Below are positions 40,883-57,541 of a stretch of 64,000 nucleotides of DNA, piece by piece. The notes under the pieces are model-generated. The model did no database searches and had not been told where the DNA came from. It saw nothing but the letters and a program-made list of their open reading frames with translations. The translations under genes were made by a program, and so were the position numbers. Position 1 is the first letter of the stretch, and each line of letters begins with the position of its first letter. This stretch comes from Octopus vulgaris. Lineage: Eukaryota. The stretch lies in contig OX597835.1 of assembly GCA_951406725.2 (NCBI GenBank), positions 48,174,001 to 48,238,000 of the forward strand, written 5' to 3'.

Positions 40883-41096
40883 CATACATACATACATACA
40901 TACATACATACATACATACATACATACATACATACATACATACATACATACATACATACATACATACATACATACATACATACATACATACATACATACA
41001 TACATACATACATACATACATACATACATACATACATACATACATACATACATACATACATACATACATACATACATACATACATACATACATACA

Positions 41097-41130
<34 letters not shown>

Positions 41131-41208
41131 CATACATACATACATACATACATACATACATACATACATACATACATACATACATACACACATACATACA
41201 TACATACA

Positions 41209-41242
<34 letters not shown>

Positions 41243-41252
41243 CATACATACA

Positions 41253-41314
<62 letters not shown>

Positions 41315-41356
41315 CATACATACATACACACATACATACACACATACATACATACA

Positions 41357-41390
<34 letters not shown>

Positions 41391-41392
41391 CA

Positions 41393-41426
<34 letters not shown>

Positions 41427-41775
41427 CATACATACATACATACATACATACATACATACATACATACATACATACATACATACATACATACATACATGCA
41501 TACATACATACATACATACATACATACATACATACATACATACATACATACATACATACATACATACATACACACATACATACACACATACACACATACA
41601 TACATACATACATACATACATACATACATACATACATACATACATACATACATACATACATACATACATACATACATACATACATACTTACATATATACA
41701 TACATACATACATATATACATACATACATACATACATACATACATACATACATACATACATACATACATACATAC

Positions 41776-41806
<31 letters not shown>

Positions 41807-41840
41807 CATACATACATACATACATACATACATACATACA

Positions 41841-41874
<34 letters not shown>

Positions 41875-41891
41875 CATACATACATACATAT

Positions 41892-41922
<31 letters not shown>

Positions 41923-42036
41923 CATACATACTTACATATATACATACATACATACATATATACATACATACATACATACATACATACATACATACATGCA
42001 TACATACATACATACATACATACATACATACATACA

Positions 42037-42070
<34 letters not shown>

Positions 42071-42111
42071 CATACATACATACATACATACATACATACA
42101 TACATACATAC
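40788..42111. repeat. (TACA)n microsatellite, ~1.3 kb
   Basis: Directly visible. Source of the 360-457 aa pseudo-ORFs. Confidence 0.99.
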
Positions 42112-42427
42112 GTACATCAAAATTATTAATATATATTTCTTAGTAAATTAATTTAAACATACATACAAGTAACATTGATTAAATGTTCGGCTGAAATTCT
42201 TACCAATAAATCATTTTTTACGAATTCTTTTTATTTTATTTTCATGTATATGTGTTAAGCGTTCTTTATTCGTTTTATATTACGAAAAATTTAGCAAATT
42301 GATGGCCTTTTTGCTCATAATAACCAAACACACACTTCAGTTTGTAGTTATGTCTGAATGTAGTGCACCTACATATGTACATACATACTTACACACATAC
42401 GCACCCAGACACACACACACACATATC

Positions 42428-42483
<56 letters not shown>

Positions 42484-42518
42484 CATATATGTACACACGT
42501 GTATATATATAATGCATG

Positions 42519-42563
<45 letters not shown>

Positions 42564-42567
42564 ACGT

Positions 42568-42602
<35 letters not shown>

Positions 42603-42733
42603 TGTGTGAAATCAATTCTGATTGTTTACATCGAAATTTTTCGGTTCCGAAAACAGACTTTTATATTTTAACCACACACACGCCCAGATAGAGACAGACA
42701 GACAAAGAGAGAAAAAGAGCCAGAGAGATTGAT

Positions 42734-42801
<68 letters not shown>

Positions 42802-43491
42802 GGAGAGAGAGGGGGAGAGTGAGACAGACAGAGATACGTACACATGCACACACACATACACACACTACACGCACACACACACAAATACACACATGTATAT
42901 ACACTCTGTTTTTATATATAGAACGGGAATACACTATTTCTCCTCGCGTGGGATATATCTCAATCTTTTTTCTTCTTCTTCTTCTCCACCTCCTCCTTTT
43001 CTCATTATTATTATTATTATTATTGTTATTATTGTTCCTTTGCGCCTAACCGTTTTCCCAGTGTGTGTATGCGCATGCGTGCATGTGCTTGTATGAGTAT
43101 GCCTTTACGTCTATATGTTTTTTTATTCGTATGCTTTTATCTATGCCGAGCGTGTGTCTCGGCGAAAAGTGGAGGGTTTCTGGTATAAAATAATCACAAG
43201 TGTCAAAATAATTTCGCTAAATCTGTTACAAACCCTTGTCTGCCATGATGCCCGACCATGTATCAGTATTACATAGACACAGAAAAAACAACCGTCTCTA
43301 GGGGACAAGAAACCCAGCTAATATTACTGGTGATTGCAATTAGCCATTGGAGAAGGCTTCTAATTTCTTTAAAATTAAATTTTTTTAATATTTAATATCA
43401 GCATATTAAGCAGATACACGCGAACACGTGTGGCTATGTATGTATGAATGCGTGTATCTATAGGTGTATACATATACGAGCTTACATATAC

Positions 43492-43553
<62 letters not shown>

Positions 43554-43666
43554 GTATACACATATATAGATATTTAGTAATATGTTAATATATTTACGTA
43601 CACAGAGTGATCTATATATTAGTGTGCGTACACATTCACAAACACACACATATATATGCATATATG

Positions 43667-43706
<40 letters not shown>

Positions 43707-43836
43707 CACATTTACACACATACATTCATGTACACGCTTGTTTTTTGTTTTAGAAACGATAAGAACGCCTATGTATGAGGCAGATTATATATTCTTGTAC
43801 GGAATGTTCTACTACTACCACTACTACTACTACTAT

Positions 43837-43871
<35 letters not shown>

Positions 43872-44010
43872 TTGTTGTTTTTGTTGTTGCTGTTATGTTG
43901 TCTAAATTCTGATCAGTGTCGCAGGAATTTTCCCGTCTTTAAATCTATAATATATGTGAGCTGTGCGCGCGTGTACGTTTGCGTGTATGTATGTATGTAT
44001 GTATATATAT

Positions 44011-44400
44011 TTGTTGTTGTTGTTGTCGGCATCCTTTTGTCTCGGGAGACAATAGAGTTGCGCATAAACTAATCCAGTCCGGTTTTTACATTTCATGTCC
44101 TCTCCAGTTTTGCGCAGGTCTGGGCTAGATGTAAGAAAATCCTGGGTAGCCCAATCGTCAGGAATCCTCTCTCGACCTTGATGACTTAGTCCAAAGGAGT
44201 GCAGTTCATTACGTTTGGCACCAACTTGGTTGCAGGAGCTGCCGCAAGAGTGTCGAGTCGAACACTAAACCGCCTACGAGGCTCCACTCCGGATTTCTTT
44301 GAAGGCTGTCTCCTTTCCGTAACCCTGGATAGGGGCCGATACCGGGTATTGTCAGCCAGAGCCAGCTGATCCCGGGACTCGTGTCAGGCAGGGTCGCCAC
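44011..44400 (-). mobile_element. Non-autonomous RTE-like element (5'UTR-like region joined to a 3' end, (CAA)n tail)
   Basis: GGCAGCTCCTGCAACCAAGTTGGTGCCAAACGTA..CCTTTGGAC..GGGCTACCCAGGA resembles RTE 5'UTRs as I recall them. It ends ATTGTCTCCCGAGACAAAAGGATGCCGACAACAACAAC. Confidence 0.6.
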
Positions 44401-44439
44401 TCTCTGAAGTAGTGAAGAAAATCGCTACCTACTACCTAC

Positions 44440-44528
<89 letters not shown>

Positions 44529-44532
<4 letters not shown>

Positions 44533-44986
44533 TTGTTAAATTTATTCCGAAATACTTTTCCTACCCGACATGCAGTTCGAAAAAGCCCGCCATTTACCGA
44601 ATATATGATTTATAAACATTCCATGTGCTTGGCCGGAGTGAATAGATGTCTGTTCGTCTTCGCTAGGTAAGGTTGGTGGTTTATTTATGATGTGTTCAGA
44701 ATCAGTTCTGCTGAGGATCATAAGACGTAAGTTAAATGTGAAATCACGGTGATACAGAACTAAATTCATTTAGGTATGATTAGTGTAATTTTGGTAGTAA
44801 TGACTTTGTCCCTCTTAGTGTGAGGCATTTATGTGTATTAATGCCCTCTATACAATATAGATATAATTAATTTGTTCGAAAAAGAAAAAAATTATTTTCG
44901 AATTCTTTTCTTTTATGAGGTTTTCACGCTAACTACCTGATAATTTCTTGTTAAGATCCCTTGTTAAGAAGTTATCCTTAATTGTT

Positions 44987-44989
<3 letters not shown>
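44529..44989 (+). mobile_element. Non-coding HHR-bearing element inserted in (TA)n (solo pLTR or retrozyme-like)
   Basis: Terminal direct repeat TTAATTGTTAAA at both ends, (TA)n on both flanks, HHR in the middle. Confidence 0.65.
44704..44761 (+). ncRNA. Hammerhead ribozyme with intact canonical core
   Basis: agttctg-CTGAGGA-tcat..atgt-GAAA-tcac g gtga-TA-cagaact. Perfect 7-bp stem I; stem III tcac/gtga. Confidence 0.8.
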
Positions 44990-45038
<49 letters not shown>

Positions 45039-45110
45039 AATATGTATGTGTGTTGTGTGTGTGCGTGTGCGTATATTAATCGAGGTGTACAGTATTATAT
45101 ATTCATTATG

Positions 45111-45200
45111 GCCGATTTTACCAATTGGTTTCGCTGTAGAGGTTCAACAGAGTGTTGCATAACTATCCGATTATGTAACGCTGCGCTTTTCAAAGATGGC
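45111..45200 (-). ncRNA. Hammerhead-like motif, U3-A8 core variant, palindromic helix III
   Basis: gccatct-TTGAAAA-gcgcag...ctacagc-GAAA-ccaattgg-TA-aaatcggc. Stems I and II are imperfect. Confidence 0.45.
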
Positions 45201-47012
45201 ATATATGGAATGAAATATGGCAACTGCTCTTCTTTGTTGGAGGTGAGTAGACACAGTCTGTTTGTGGTTGCCGTGAATAAGTTGATGAAATGAACCGAGT
45301 GTTAAGAGCTATGTCCCTTGGTACCAAAAACACCATCTCTAGGGTGAAAGACAGGGAGAGACAAACAGAGACGACGTGGCCCAGTTCAACTGAAACTGTA
45401 TACAGAGAGACAATACTATGTCACTTCTGATGTATTTCAAAGCTAACACGAAATCCACTCATCTTACAGTGAGGGATTTTTTGCTGGACTTGTCATAGGA
45501 TGAAGCAAATATCTCAAGTTATTTTGTCCGATGCTCCAACGATTTTCTTGACTAGGTCTCATTATTGTTGTTTCCAATGTGGACACACGGCCTGCAATTT
45601 TGAGGGGACGGTATTTGTTGATTACATTGACTCTTGTATTTAAATCAGTAATCTCTTTTATCGACCTGATGCTATGAAATACACACTTAAATTTGTGTTC
45701 GTCAGGATTTGAACTTAGAAGGTAATGCACCTGAAGAAACACCGATAAACATGTTTAGCAGACTCTTTAGTACCTCACACGAAATGCTTCGCGGTTTTTC
45801 ATCCGTCTTTACATTCAGAATTCAAATTCCACCGAGGTCGACTTTACCGTTCATCCTTTCGCGATAGATAAAATAAGTACCATTTAATCACTGAGATCAA
45901 TTTAACCAATATCAAGAACGGTAGTGTTAATTGTTTTAGATCGGCCCAAGGTGCAAAAGTTGATGCATAACATGCATGATATTGAAAGCATTGAATTGTA
46001 TTGTAGACCCGCAAATTTAACCTACCAGAACGAAACATAAAATATCGCCCTACGTGTTAACAGTTTCGCAAAGTTACCACTCCTACCATAAAAACCAGGT
46101 ATCTTAACCTCTAGACTCCTATTCCCAACATAAGGAATCTTAACCTGTTGATTATATAGGTTAAATAATGATAATATTGATTTCTAACGTAACCACAACC
46201 CTTCAAATTTAGAAAAAAGGGAGAATTTCTTTATATTTATATCATTAACTGCCTGGTACAAAATTTTCTTTATATTCTTGGAAAGAGGAAAGTCTGATTT
46301 GTCCACGGTAGGATTTGAACTCAAGACAAAATATCTGGAACAATTACTGCAAGGTATTTTCTCCGCTATTCCAACGATTCTCCGCAATCCCACTGATTTC
46401 TTACATGTTCAAAATTTCAATTCTGGTTTTTGGAGAGTCTTTGATTATATCTTATTCTAGCATTTGACGCATATTTAATCTCATCCACCAGAAAAAGAAA
46501 CGAGAGGCAACGTTTGCCTTCAAAGTTTCATCACAAATCCTTGAGGCATTTCATTTTACTTTGTGCCAGTCTATTGAGCTGAAAATGAGTAGCATCCTCA
46601 CCGAGTGTCACCATTTTAATATACACAGAAGCGCACACGCGCACACAGCACACATCTCTCTCTATATAAAACTGAGCAGAGAGGGCAGCTATTCACAATT
46701 ATACTAGCACAAACGACTAATAATTTTTTTAAAAATAAAACATGGTAATTGCTACAAAGTAATATTTAGTTACAAATAATGGCTAAACCTCGTGAAGTAG
46801 CGTGGTGACGTGGTTAGTACGTTCCACTCATGATCCTCAGAATGAGCCTCCAATATATAGTTGTATATAATTACGTACATACACACATACACACGCATAC
46901 ATACATACATGCATACATACATACACAAACACACACACACACACATATATATATGTTTATATATATATATATATATATGTATATGTATATATATATATAA
47001 ATATATATATAT

Positions 47013-47078
<66 letters not shown>

Positions 47079-47758
47079 TCAGAATCACTCTTAATTCACC
47101 ACAAACTATAAATTACAGCAATTAATACAAATGTAGAACAGTAATGACTTGTAAGAGAAACGCTCAGATTTCCAGAAGTCCGACTTGCTTGTTTCTGATC
47201 ATCAGCTGGTAAGCTGAATCTATTTTGTCCTTCGAAAATTCACTCTCTGAATATGTTCTGAAACAGGAAATGTAAGTTTGAAGGGAAAGCTTTTTGAGAA
47301 GGGCACTTTTGAGACGGACTCCAGGAAATACGGCTGCTTTAGGCTCACAATTTTGATTTCATTTCTGGTTCCCATGGTAATATTATTACAATATTACATA
47401 TAGGGAGAAAGACAGACAGAAAGTGAGAGGGAGAGGGCTCAGACGAACGCAGGCTATTATTGAAACCAAAACGATGGGCTCCGACTAGATTTCAACGAAG
47501 GAAATCCGAACTAAAAAGCATTGTATCCCACACTCTAATTTGTCAGCTAAGACGTATATGTGAATTAGTTAAATATGTACACACAAACACACACACACAC
47601 ACACATGTATATGTATGTATTTATGTGTGTAGTATGTATGTACGTGCGCGCGTATGTATAATGAGTATGTGTGTGTATCTATATGCATCTATATGAACGC
47701 ATGTATAAATAGAAAATCATACATTTTAGGTATGAATCTTTATTTATCTCTCTCTCAA

Positions 47759-47795
<37 letters not shown>

Positions 47796-47880
47796 TTGTC
47801 TCTGTCTCTGTCACTGTCTCTCTCTCACTCCCTCTCTCTCTCTATATATATATGTATTTTTGTATTTTTTAAAATTTTTA

Positions 47881-48481
47881 TCTAGTGTCAGCTCAAAAGC
47901 TGTGGCCATGCTGGGGCACCGCCATTTGGTGTTGCTACATGATTTTACTTCACGAATGCTTTTTAGCAATTGCCATTTGATGCATGAGAGAGTTCGATGC
48001 AGCTGCCCTCATCTGCACCTCCTGCCGTGAAGTTAGTTCATCTGGGACACCTGACAAGAAGAGATCCAGTTTTATTTTAAAGACATCTGCATCCACCCCA
48101 TGCAGGTTTCTTAGGTTCTTTGGGAGGATATTGAAGAGCTGTGGGCCTCGGAAGCCCAGGCTATCACAGTATCTTGTCCTACATCTTGATGGCAAATTTG
48201 GAGTCCTTGGCACTATGCAGTGGCGCCTAGTTCTAGCATTTGTGTAACTCTCGATGCCAAAGTTTGGGACAAGTCCTTCTAGGATCTTCCAGATGTATAT
48301 TATGGCAAATCTTTCTCGCCTACGCTCTAAGGAATAGAGTCACAATCTCTTGAGTCTTTCCCAATAGCTTATAAGCTTCACAGAGGCTATCTTCTTCGTG
48401 TAGCTTCGTTGGATCGCCTCAAGTTCTGTGATTAACTTGACACTGGATGGTGACCATAGCTGAGAGCAATAGTCAAAGTGG
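47881..48481 (-). mobile_element. CR1/L2-group LINE ORF2 C-terminus and 3'UTR
   Basis: HFDYCSQLWSP..ELEAIQRSYTKKI..SYWERLKRL*LYSLERRRERF.IIYIWKILEGLVPN..GPQLFNILPKNLRN..FKIKLDLFLSGVPD..AASNSL, stop at 47950. Confidence 0.9.
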
Positions 48482-48489
48482 TATATATT

Positions 48490-48742
48490 CCTTTTATTTT
48501 TACTTCTTTCAGTCATTTGACTGTGGCATGCTGGAGCACCCATTTAGTCCAAAAATCGACCCCAGGACTTGTTCTTAGTAAGGACTCATTCTGTCGGTTT
48601 CTTTTGCCGAACCAGTAAGTTATGGGGAGGTAAACTCACCAACATGGATTGTCAAGCGATGTTGGTGGGGGGAGAAACATAGACACACAAACACACACAG
48701 GCATACACACACACACAAACACACACACACAGGCATACACAC

Positions 48743-48792
<50 letters not shown>

Positions 48793-48955
48793 TTATATAT
48801 ACGACGTTACCGTCTTACGAAATCCGCTCACAAGGCTTTGGTCGGCCCGAGGCTATAGCAGAAGACACTTGCCCAAGGTGCCACGCAGTGAGACTGATCC
48901 CAGAGATATGTGGTTGGGAAGCAAGCTCCTTAATACACAACCATTCCTTACGCCT
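48490..48955 (-). mobile_element. SINE S1 abutting the 5' end of the LINE fragment
   Basis: TTCAGTCATTTGACTG..GCTGGAGCACC ... GAAGACACTTGCCCAAGGTGCCACGCAGTG. Confidence 0.85.
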
Positions 48956-49369
48956 ATATAATGATAATTATTTATAATCAAGGATAAAAAATAGTACCAG
49001 CGTTGTTAGAAATAAAAGTCGAAAAATACTCAAATATCACTAATAATTTAGTGATGCACCGCCGTTTTGTGCTACACTGTTATTGCGAAGAACCTCGTCT
49101 AATATGTGGCACTTGGTGAAGAATGGTGTTTGATACAGCTACTCTCATTTGCACCTCTTCCCGTGAGGTAGTGATGAAGGTAGATTTACATCTATAGAGA
49201 TATATAGACAGACACAAACATGCATACACACATATATATATATACTCAAATATATATATAGTTATATGTATATTTATATTTATTTAAATACATAGATATA
49301 CATGTATATACATGTCTCTTCATACACATATATGAATATATATATATAGGTATAGATATAGATAGATAC

Positions 49370-49472
<103 letters not shown>

Positions 49473-49620
49473 CATTAAGGTAGATAGGGAAACAGAAATA
49501 TATAGAACGAAAACATCAGTTATTATGATGAACCTGTCAGCCAAACGCCCGCATGAATACTTTTTATGCATTTTTTCAGTTACTTATTATATATTTTTCA
49601 TGCCTCTCATACATACATAT

Positions 49621-49671
<51 letters not shown>

Positions 49672-49929
49672 TATATATACATATATATGTATGTTCGTAT
49701 GTATGTATGAAAATATATTCACGTGTGCACACACACGCACGCACACACACACACACCTATATTTCCTTCTTTAAATCTGTACATGTGCAGAAATTTTCAT
49801 CGAGGGAGATTTTCTAGTTAACGATGGATCATTTCATTTTAACTTTTGGGAATCGTGCGAAGTGAAATGAACGAAATGAAATATAGTAACAAGAGCAAAA
49901 ATAAACTTGTGAGACTTTAAATAAATAGC

Positions 49930-50915
<986 letters not shown>

Positions 50916-51096
50916 TTAAACTTCTAAATAAAAAGTCTGTCGGGTGAAAATAATCAAGAGACAATTAAATATAATTGAAATATCAACAGTAGAAACTCTA
51001 TCTACTTCTGCAACGTTATAGATGCAGATAGATAGATAGATAGATAGATAGATACATACATACATACATACATACATACATACATACATACATACA

Positions 51097-51127
<31 letters not shown>

Positions 51128-51258
51128 GTGTGTGTGTGCATGCATAAATATATTATATTTATGTGAATATATGTGTGTATATATATATATATACATAAAT
51201 ATTTACATATATGTATATATACATATATATTTGTATACATATATATACATACATATAC

Positions 51259-51298
<40 letters not shown>

Positions 51299-51963
51299 GT
51301 GAGTGTGTGTATATATGTATATATGTGTATGTATATATAGACCTATTTTAAGAGACACATACACGATCATACACGCACAAATACATAAATACATATATAT
51401 ATATATATATATATCATGTATATACACACACAACGGGCTCGATTCTACGTTTTTTCTTTTAAGTCTACAAAATCCTAAAATTGATTGCTTAAATAATTAA
51501 TTATAGAAAGTAGAAAAGTGCTTATCCAATTAAACGTTAGTTTTTCCGTCTACTAAAAATATATTTATTAAGTTCATCAGGGATTACATAATTAGTTAAT
51601 TGAACATTCGTAATGACCGTGCGTCACTCGCATAAGTATTCGGTTTCGTTAAATGCTTTGCGAGTTTTTTTTTCTTTTTGTTATGTAAGTTGCGCGCGCA
51701 CGTGTGTATGTTTTTTTTTATCCTGAAGATTGCTTGTGTGATGATTTATATGTATATGCATATGAAAAAGTGCGTGTTTGAGTGTGTATATTTTTCTGTG
51801 TACGGTTATATGTATACATCTAAGAGAGTATATACATTCACACATTCGGGCATACAAATGTATACATGCACACAAACATACATACACACACACACATGTA
51901 TACATACAGCATGTATAAGGAGATAGGTGTATGTGTGTGTGATTATGTACATATACACCTATG

Positions 51964-51994
<31 letters not shown>

Positions 51995-52001
51995 TATATA
52001 T

Positions 52002-53647
<1,646 letters not shown>

Positions 53648-53965
53648 GTATTATTATCTCCCGACTTGACAGCCAGTTTTGGAGTGTTTGTCTGCTTGTA
53701 ACTAACGGTTCGGCCTAAAATATCGAGAGAATAAGTACGAGGCTTTAAATAAATTCAAAGTACTAGGGTCGATTCAATAGACTAAAATACTTCAGGGTGG
53801 TCCCCCAGAAACTGAGATGAGTAAAGGGAAAAAGGGTTTCTTTTTGTCAAAGCGAGGAATGACTAATACATAGATAGGACCCGCACGAATACACACACAC
53901 ACACACAGCTACACACACACATGAATGTATATAGATAGATAGATATAAATCAATACTCACACATA

Positions 53966-54014
<49 letters not shown>

Positions 54015-54136
54015 CATATTTTATACATATACATACATTTATATGCATCTTTGCACACACGCACACACACACACATATATATATGTGTGTGTGTGTGTGT
54101 ATATATATACATATATATATATATATACACATATAT

Positions 54137-54206
<70 letters not shown>

Positions 54207-54210
<4 letters not shown>

Positions 54211-54402
54211 ATCCAAACATGAAAGCACAAAAAAACACAATAACGCGAGGACGTGGAACAAATATAGTATTATTGGACGCTCAGGAAAGAAGGAAAGAAG
54301 GAGGGTTTAACGTTTCGAGCGGAGCTCTTCGTCGGAAACATAGGAGAAGGAAAGATCCAGAGAAGGGAAGACAGAGGGAAAAAAATCGCCAACGGTGCAC
54401 AC
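54207..54402 (-). mobile_element. Short non-coding HHR-bearing element abutting (TA)n
   Basis: Related to ~30440-30575 and to a fragment at ~12480-12558. Contains the HHR at 54305-54339. Confidence 0.7.
54305..54339 (-). ncRNA. Minimal hammerhead motif (CCGACGA core)
   Basis: gttt-CCGACGA-a-gagc tcc gctc-GAAA-cg-TT-aaac, with an AACGTT palindrome at helix III. Confidence 0.7.
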
Positions 54403-54518
54403 GCTGCACTACTGCCCTACAACCGGTAGCATTTGGATCGGAATATATAGGTATACTGCCAGTAGTATATTGGATATCTATTATCCCTTAGATGGTTGTT
54501 TAAATTCTTACTCATACA

Positions 54519-54562
<44 letters not shown>

Positions 54563-55193
54563 TATTCATATTTATGTACGCGTTATGTGCGTGTGTATGA
54601 GTGTATGTATGTTTATGTGTGCGTGTGCGTGTGTTTGCGTCTGTGTGCGCGAGTGTATGTGTGTGTGTTTGTGTTTGTGTGTGTGTGTTTACAAATTGGA
54701 TGAATGATTAATGATTAATAGCACATTCTTGTATGAATTGTAACCGATCCGTATAAATTGCGTGTCGGATTACTAACCGATTAATGTATAAGAGCGGGTG
54801 GGATTAGCATCAACATACATATAAATTGATTTTAGGATTAGCAACACATGTTTGTAAATTAGATGTACCATTGGGAATATATCTCCGTAAAGGATTAGCA
54901 ACATGTAGTAAAATGGATAAGTATTCGATCCCTTTAAACAGAGGATATAATGTGAATCATCATCGTAAATTGGATTAGCAAACAATTCGTCTGAAATCTT
55001 TGTGGGATTAGCAGCATCTCTGTGCAAATTATGTGTAAGATTAGCTACACATCCGTGCAAACGTATCACCGTAAATTGTTTGCAGAAATTAGTTAAATAA
55101 TTGCTGAATTGTATGCAGGATTAAGCAACAGATCCGGGCAAACTCATCAACGTTATTGAATGTAGTAATTAGCAAACAATATAGTCAGAAGTG

Positions 55194-55432
55194 AAGGCAT
55201 TGAGCTGGCAGAATCGTTAGCAACGCCGGGTAAAATGATTAGAGGCATTTCGTCCTTCTTTACGTTCTGATTTCAAATTCCGCCGAGGTCGACTTTACCT
55301 TTCATCCTTTCGTCGGGTCAAAAAAATAAGTAGCAGTCGAGCACTGGGATCGATATAATCGATTTACCTCATACCCACCCCGCGAATTTGCCGCCCCTGT
55401 GCCGAATTTTGAAACTTATATATTCAGAAGTG
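55194..55432 (+). mobile_element. SINE S3 with probable target-site duplication
   Basis: Full S3 body, flanked by atatagtcagaagtg and atatattcagaagtg. Confidence 0.85.
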
Positions 55433-56804
55433 GGTGGAGGATTAGCGGCAACAGTGTAGATTATATGTAGGATTAGTGATATATTAATGTAATCTCAGCT
55501 AAGGCTAAGCATTACATTATTTATTTATTGTATTATTTGTATAATTGTATTGAACCTCACTGGAAATTATGGAGGCGACCAACGGGAAACATGAGTCTAG
55601 TCTTTCTGTAGTCTTCAGGTATTAACATTGTTTCATCACAGACAATATCCCATCGAATCCAGTTTTTTTCCTTTCATTCTTCCGACATAATGAATGAATG
55701 AATGAATGAATAAAGAGTGATGGAATAATGGAAATTTACAGAGATTTCGTTGAAGATGTTTTTGCGATATCAGTCCCGGTTTCTTGCATTTTGAGTTCTT
55801 GTGTCAGGCTCTTTACCCAATTCTCGTTTGTGGCGTTGTTTAAATGTGTGTGTGGGGGTGTGTGCATAAGCCAGGAGCGTCGTTTGTCTCCCTTCCTCCT
55901 ACCTTTCTCTCTCTCTCTCTCTCTCTCTCCCTCATCCTCTTTCTGTCACACACACTATTTCTATCTCTTTTTCACAGACAATTTTTTACACCACAAAACC
56001 GATTGTAAGCACTTCGGATGGATAGACAGAACTAAATTATCAATGTGCCCTTTCACTTTTCAAGACGATTGAATGAGTTTTAAAGGAGATTTGGTTGCTA
56101 TTTTTTTTTTTTTTTGCTTTTACCAGTTCGAGCAACACTAAATACAGAGATTCACGAGATTCACTCGCGGGAACGGTAAGTCCTTTAACTGTTACAAGTA
56201 GATTTCAATGCACGATAAATCCTCTCCACCCGGATAGAAACTATTATGGCACTCGCTGAAGGTTCAACGTCTGGGCATCAATTACTCAGTGCATTATCCC
56301 AATCGCCAAATAATTAGAATAATTAAGCACTAATCAAGATTGGGAACACGTTGAAACCATCAATGACGGGTGTACTAAAACAAAGGAAGGTATTTTTATC
56401 GTGTTTAATTGTCTGTTAATTAGGAGGGAAACACGCAATTAAGCAGCTTCTTTCCTATGTAATATTGTGCTTATCTACATGTATATGATTTTGTACAAGT
56501 AGAGAAGTCAGGTTAATCAGAGTGCATATATACATATATTTACATATATTTCCACTCATATTTACATATACATACGTGTGTGTGTGTGTGTGTGTAATTA
56601 TATAATTATTTATAAATAATATCTTTATTAATAGCTTATTATCGTGAGAGATATATTTGGATGTGTGAGTGAGGCGACACTCAACATTACATCTGCCACT
56701 TGTAGAGGCTGACTATTCTTCATCTCTTCAATGCTATTCATCTATATTCAGTGAAGGACGTTTTTAAAATTGATTGATAAATAGATAGATAAATAGATAG
56801 ATAA

Positions 56805-56836
<32 letters not shown>

Positions 56837-56853
56837 GTAGATAGATAGATAGG

Positions 56854-56913
<60 letters not shown>

Positions 56914-56915
<2 letters not shown>

Positions 56916-57480
56916 TGTTTCTTTATTAGCCACACAGGGCTGAACACAGATAGAACAAATTACAAGGTAGAGCTTTTGTTTTGAAGGTTTAAAAAAAAAA
57001 AAAAAAGGAAGGGGGAGTTTCGATCAAAAGGGATCGTAAAAGGAGAGAAAGAGGACAAAAAAAAGGGGGGTTAAAAAAAGGGGGAGCGGAAAAAAAAATT
57101 GATCAATAGGGATCGTTATCACAGAAATGTCAATATGAAGTGTAAAGGGGAGGACAGGTGAGGTTTACCCGTGGAAAGAAAAGCCTACGGAAAAGACCAC
57201 GGTAACCTCGGTCAATGGAGTCACATGTTATATTTCTTTTTTTTTTTTTTTTGCAAATAAGCAACTCTCTGTTTTCAATTTCTGGGTTCATAGGATCATG
57301 CTCAAGGTGGCTTCGTCATTCATACGTGCCATTCTTGCTACATTCACCCATCTTTTTTTAAAACATTCGCTAGACAAAACTTGCCTCTCTACTCTCACTT
57401 TCCTTTTCAAGTGGTACTTGAAGAAGTTGATGAGAGATTGACCAGAGAGGAAAGTGTTTGTCTCCAATCCTTTCAGACGC
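56914..57480 (-). mobile_element. L1/Tx1-like LINE 3' end embedded in (GATA)n
   Basis: RLKGLETNTFLSGQSLINFFKYHLKRKVRVERQVLSSECFKKRWVNVARMARMNDEATLSMIL*, pyrimidine-rich 3'UTR, ends GGCTAATAAAGAAACA. (GATA)n on both flanks. Confidence 0.75.

Positions 57481-57541
<61 letters not shown>

Noticed and set aside
40569-42143. Long ORFs of 360-457 aa (MYVC / HTYI repeats)
   Set aside because: They are translations of a stop-free (TACA)n microsatellite.
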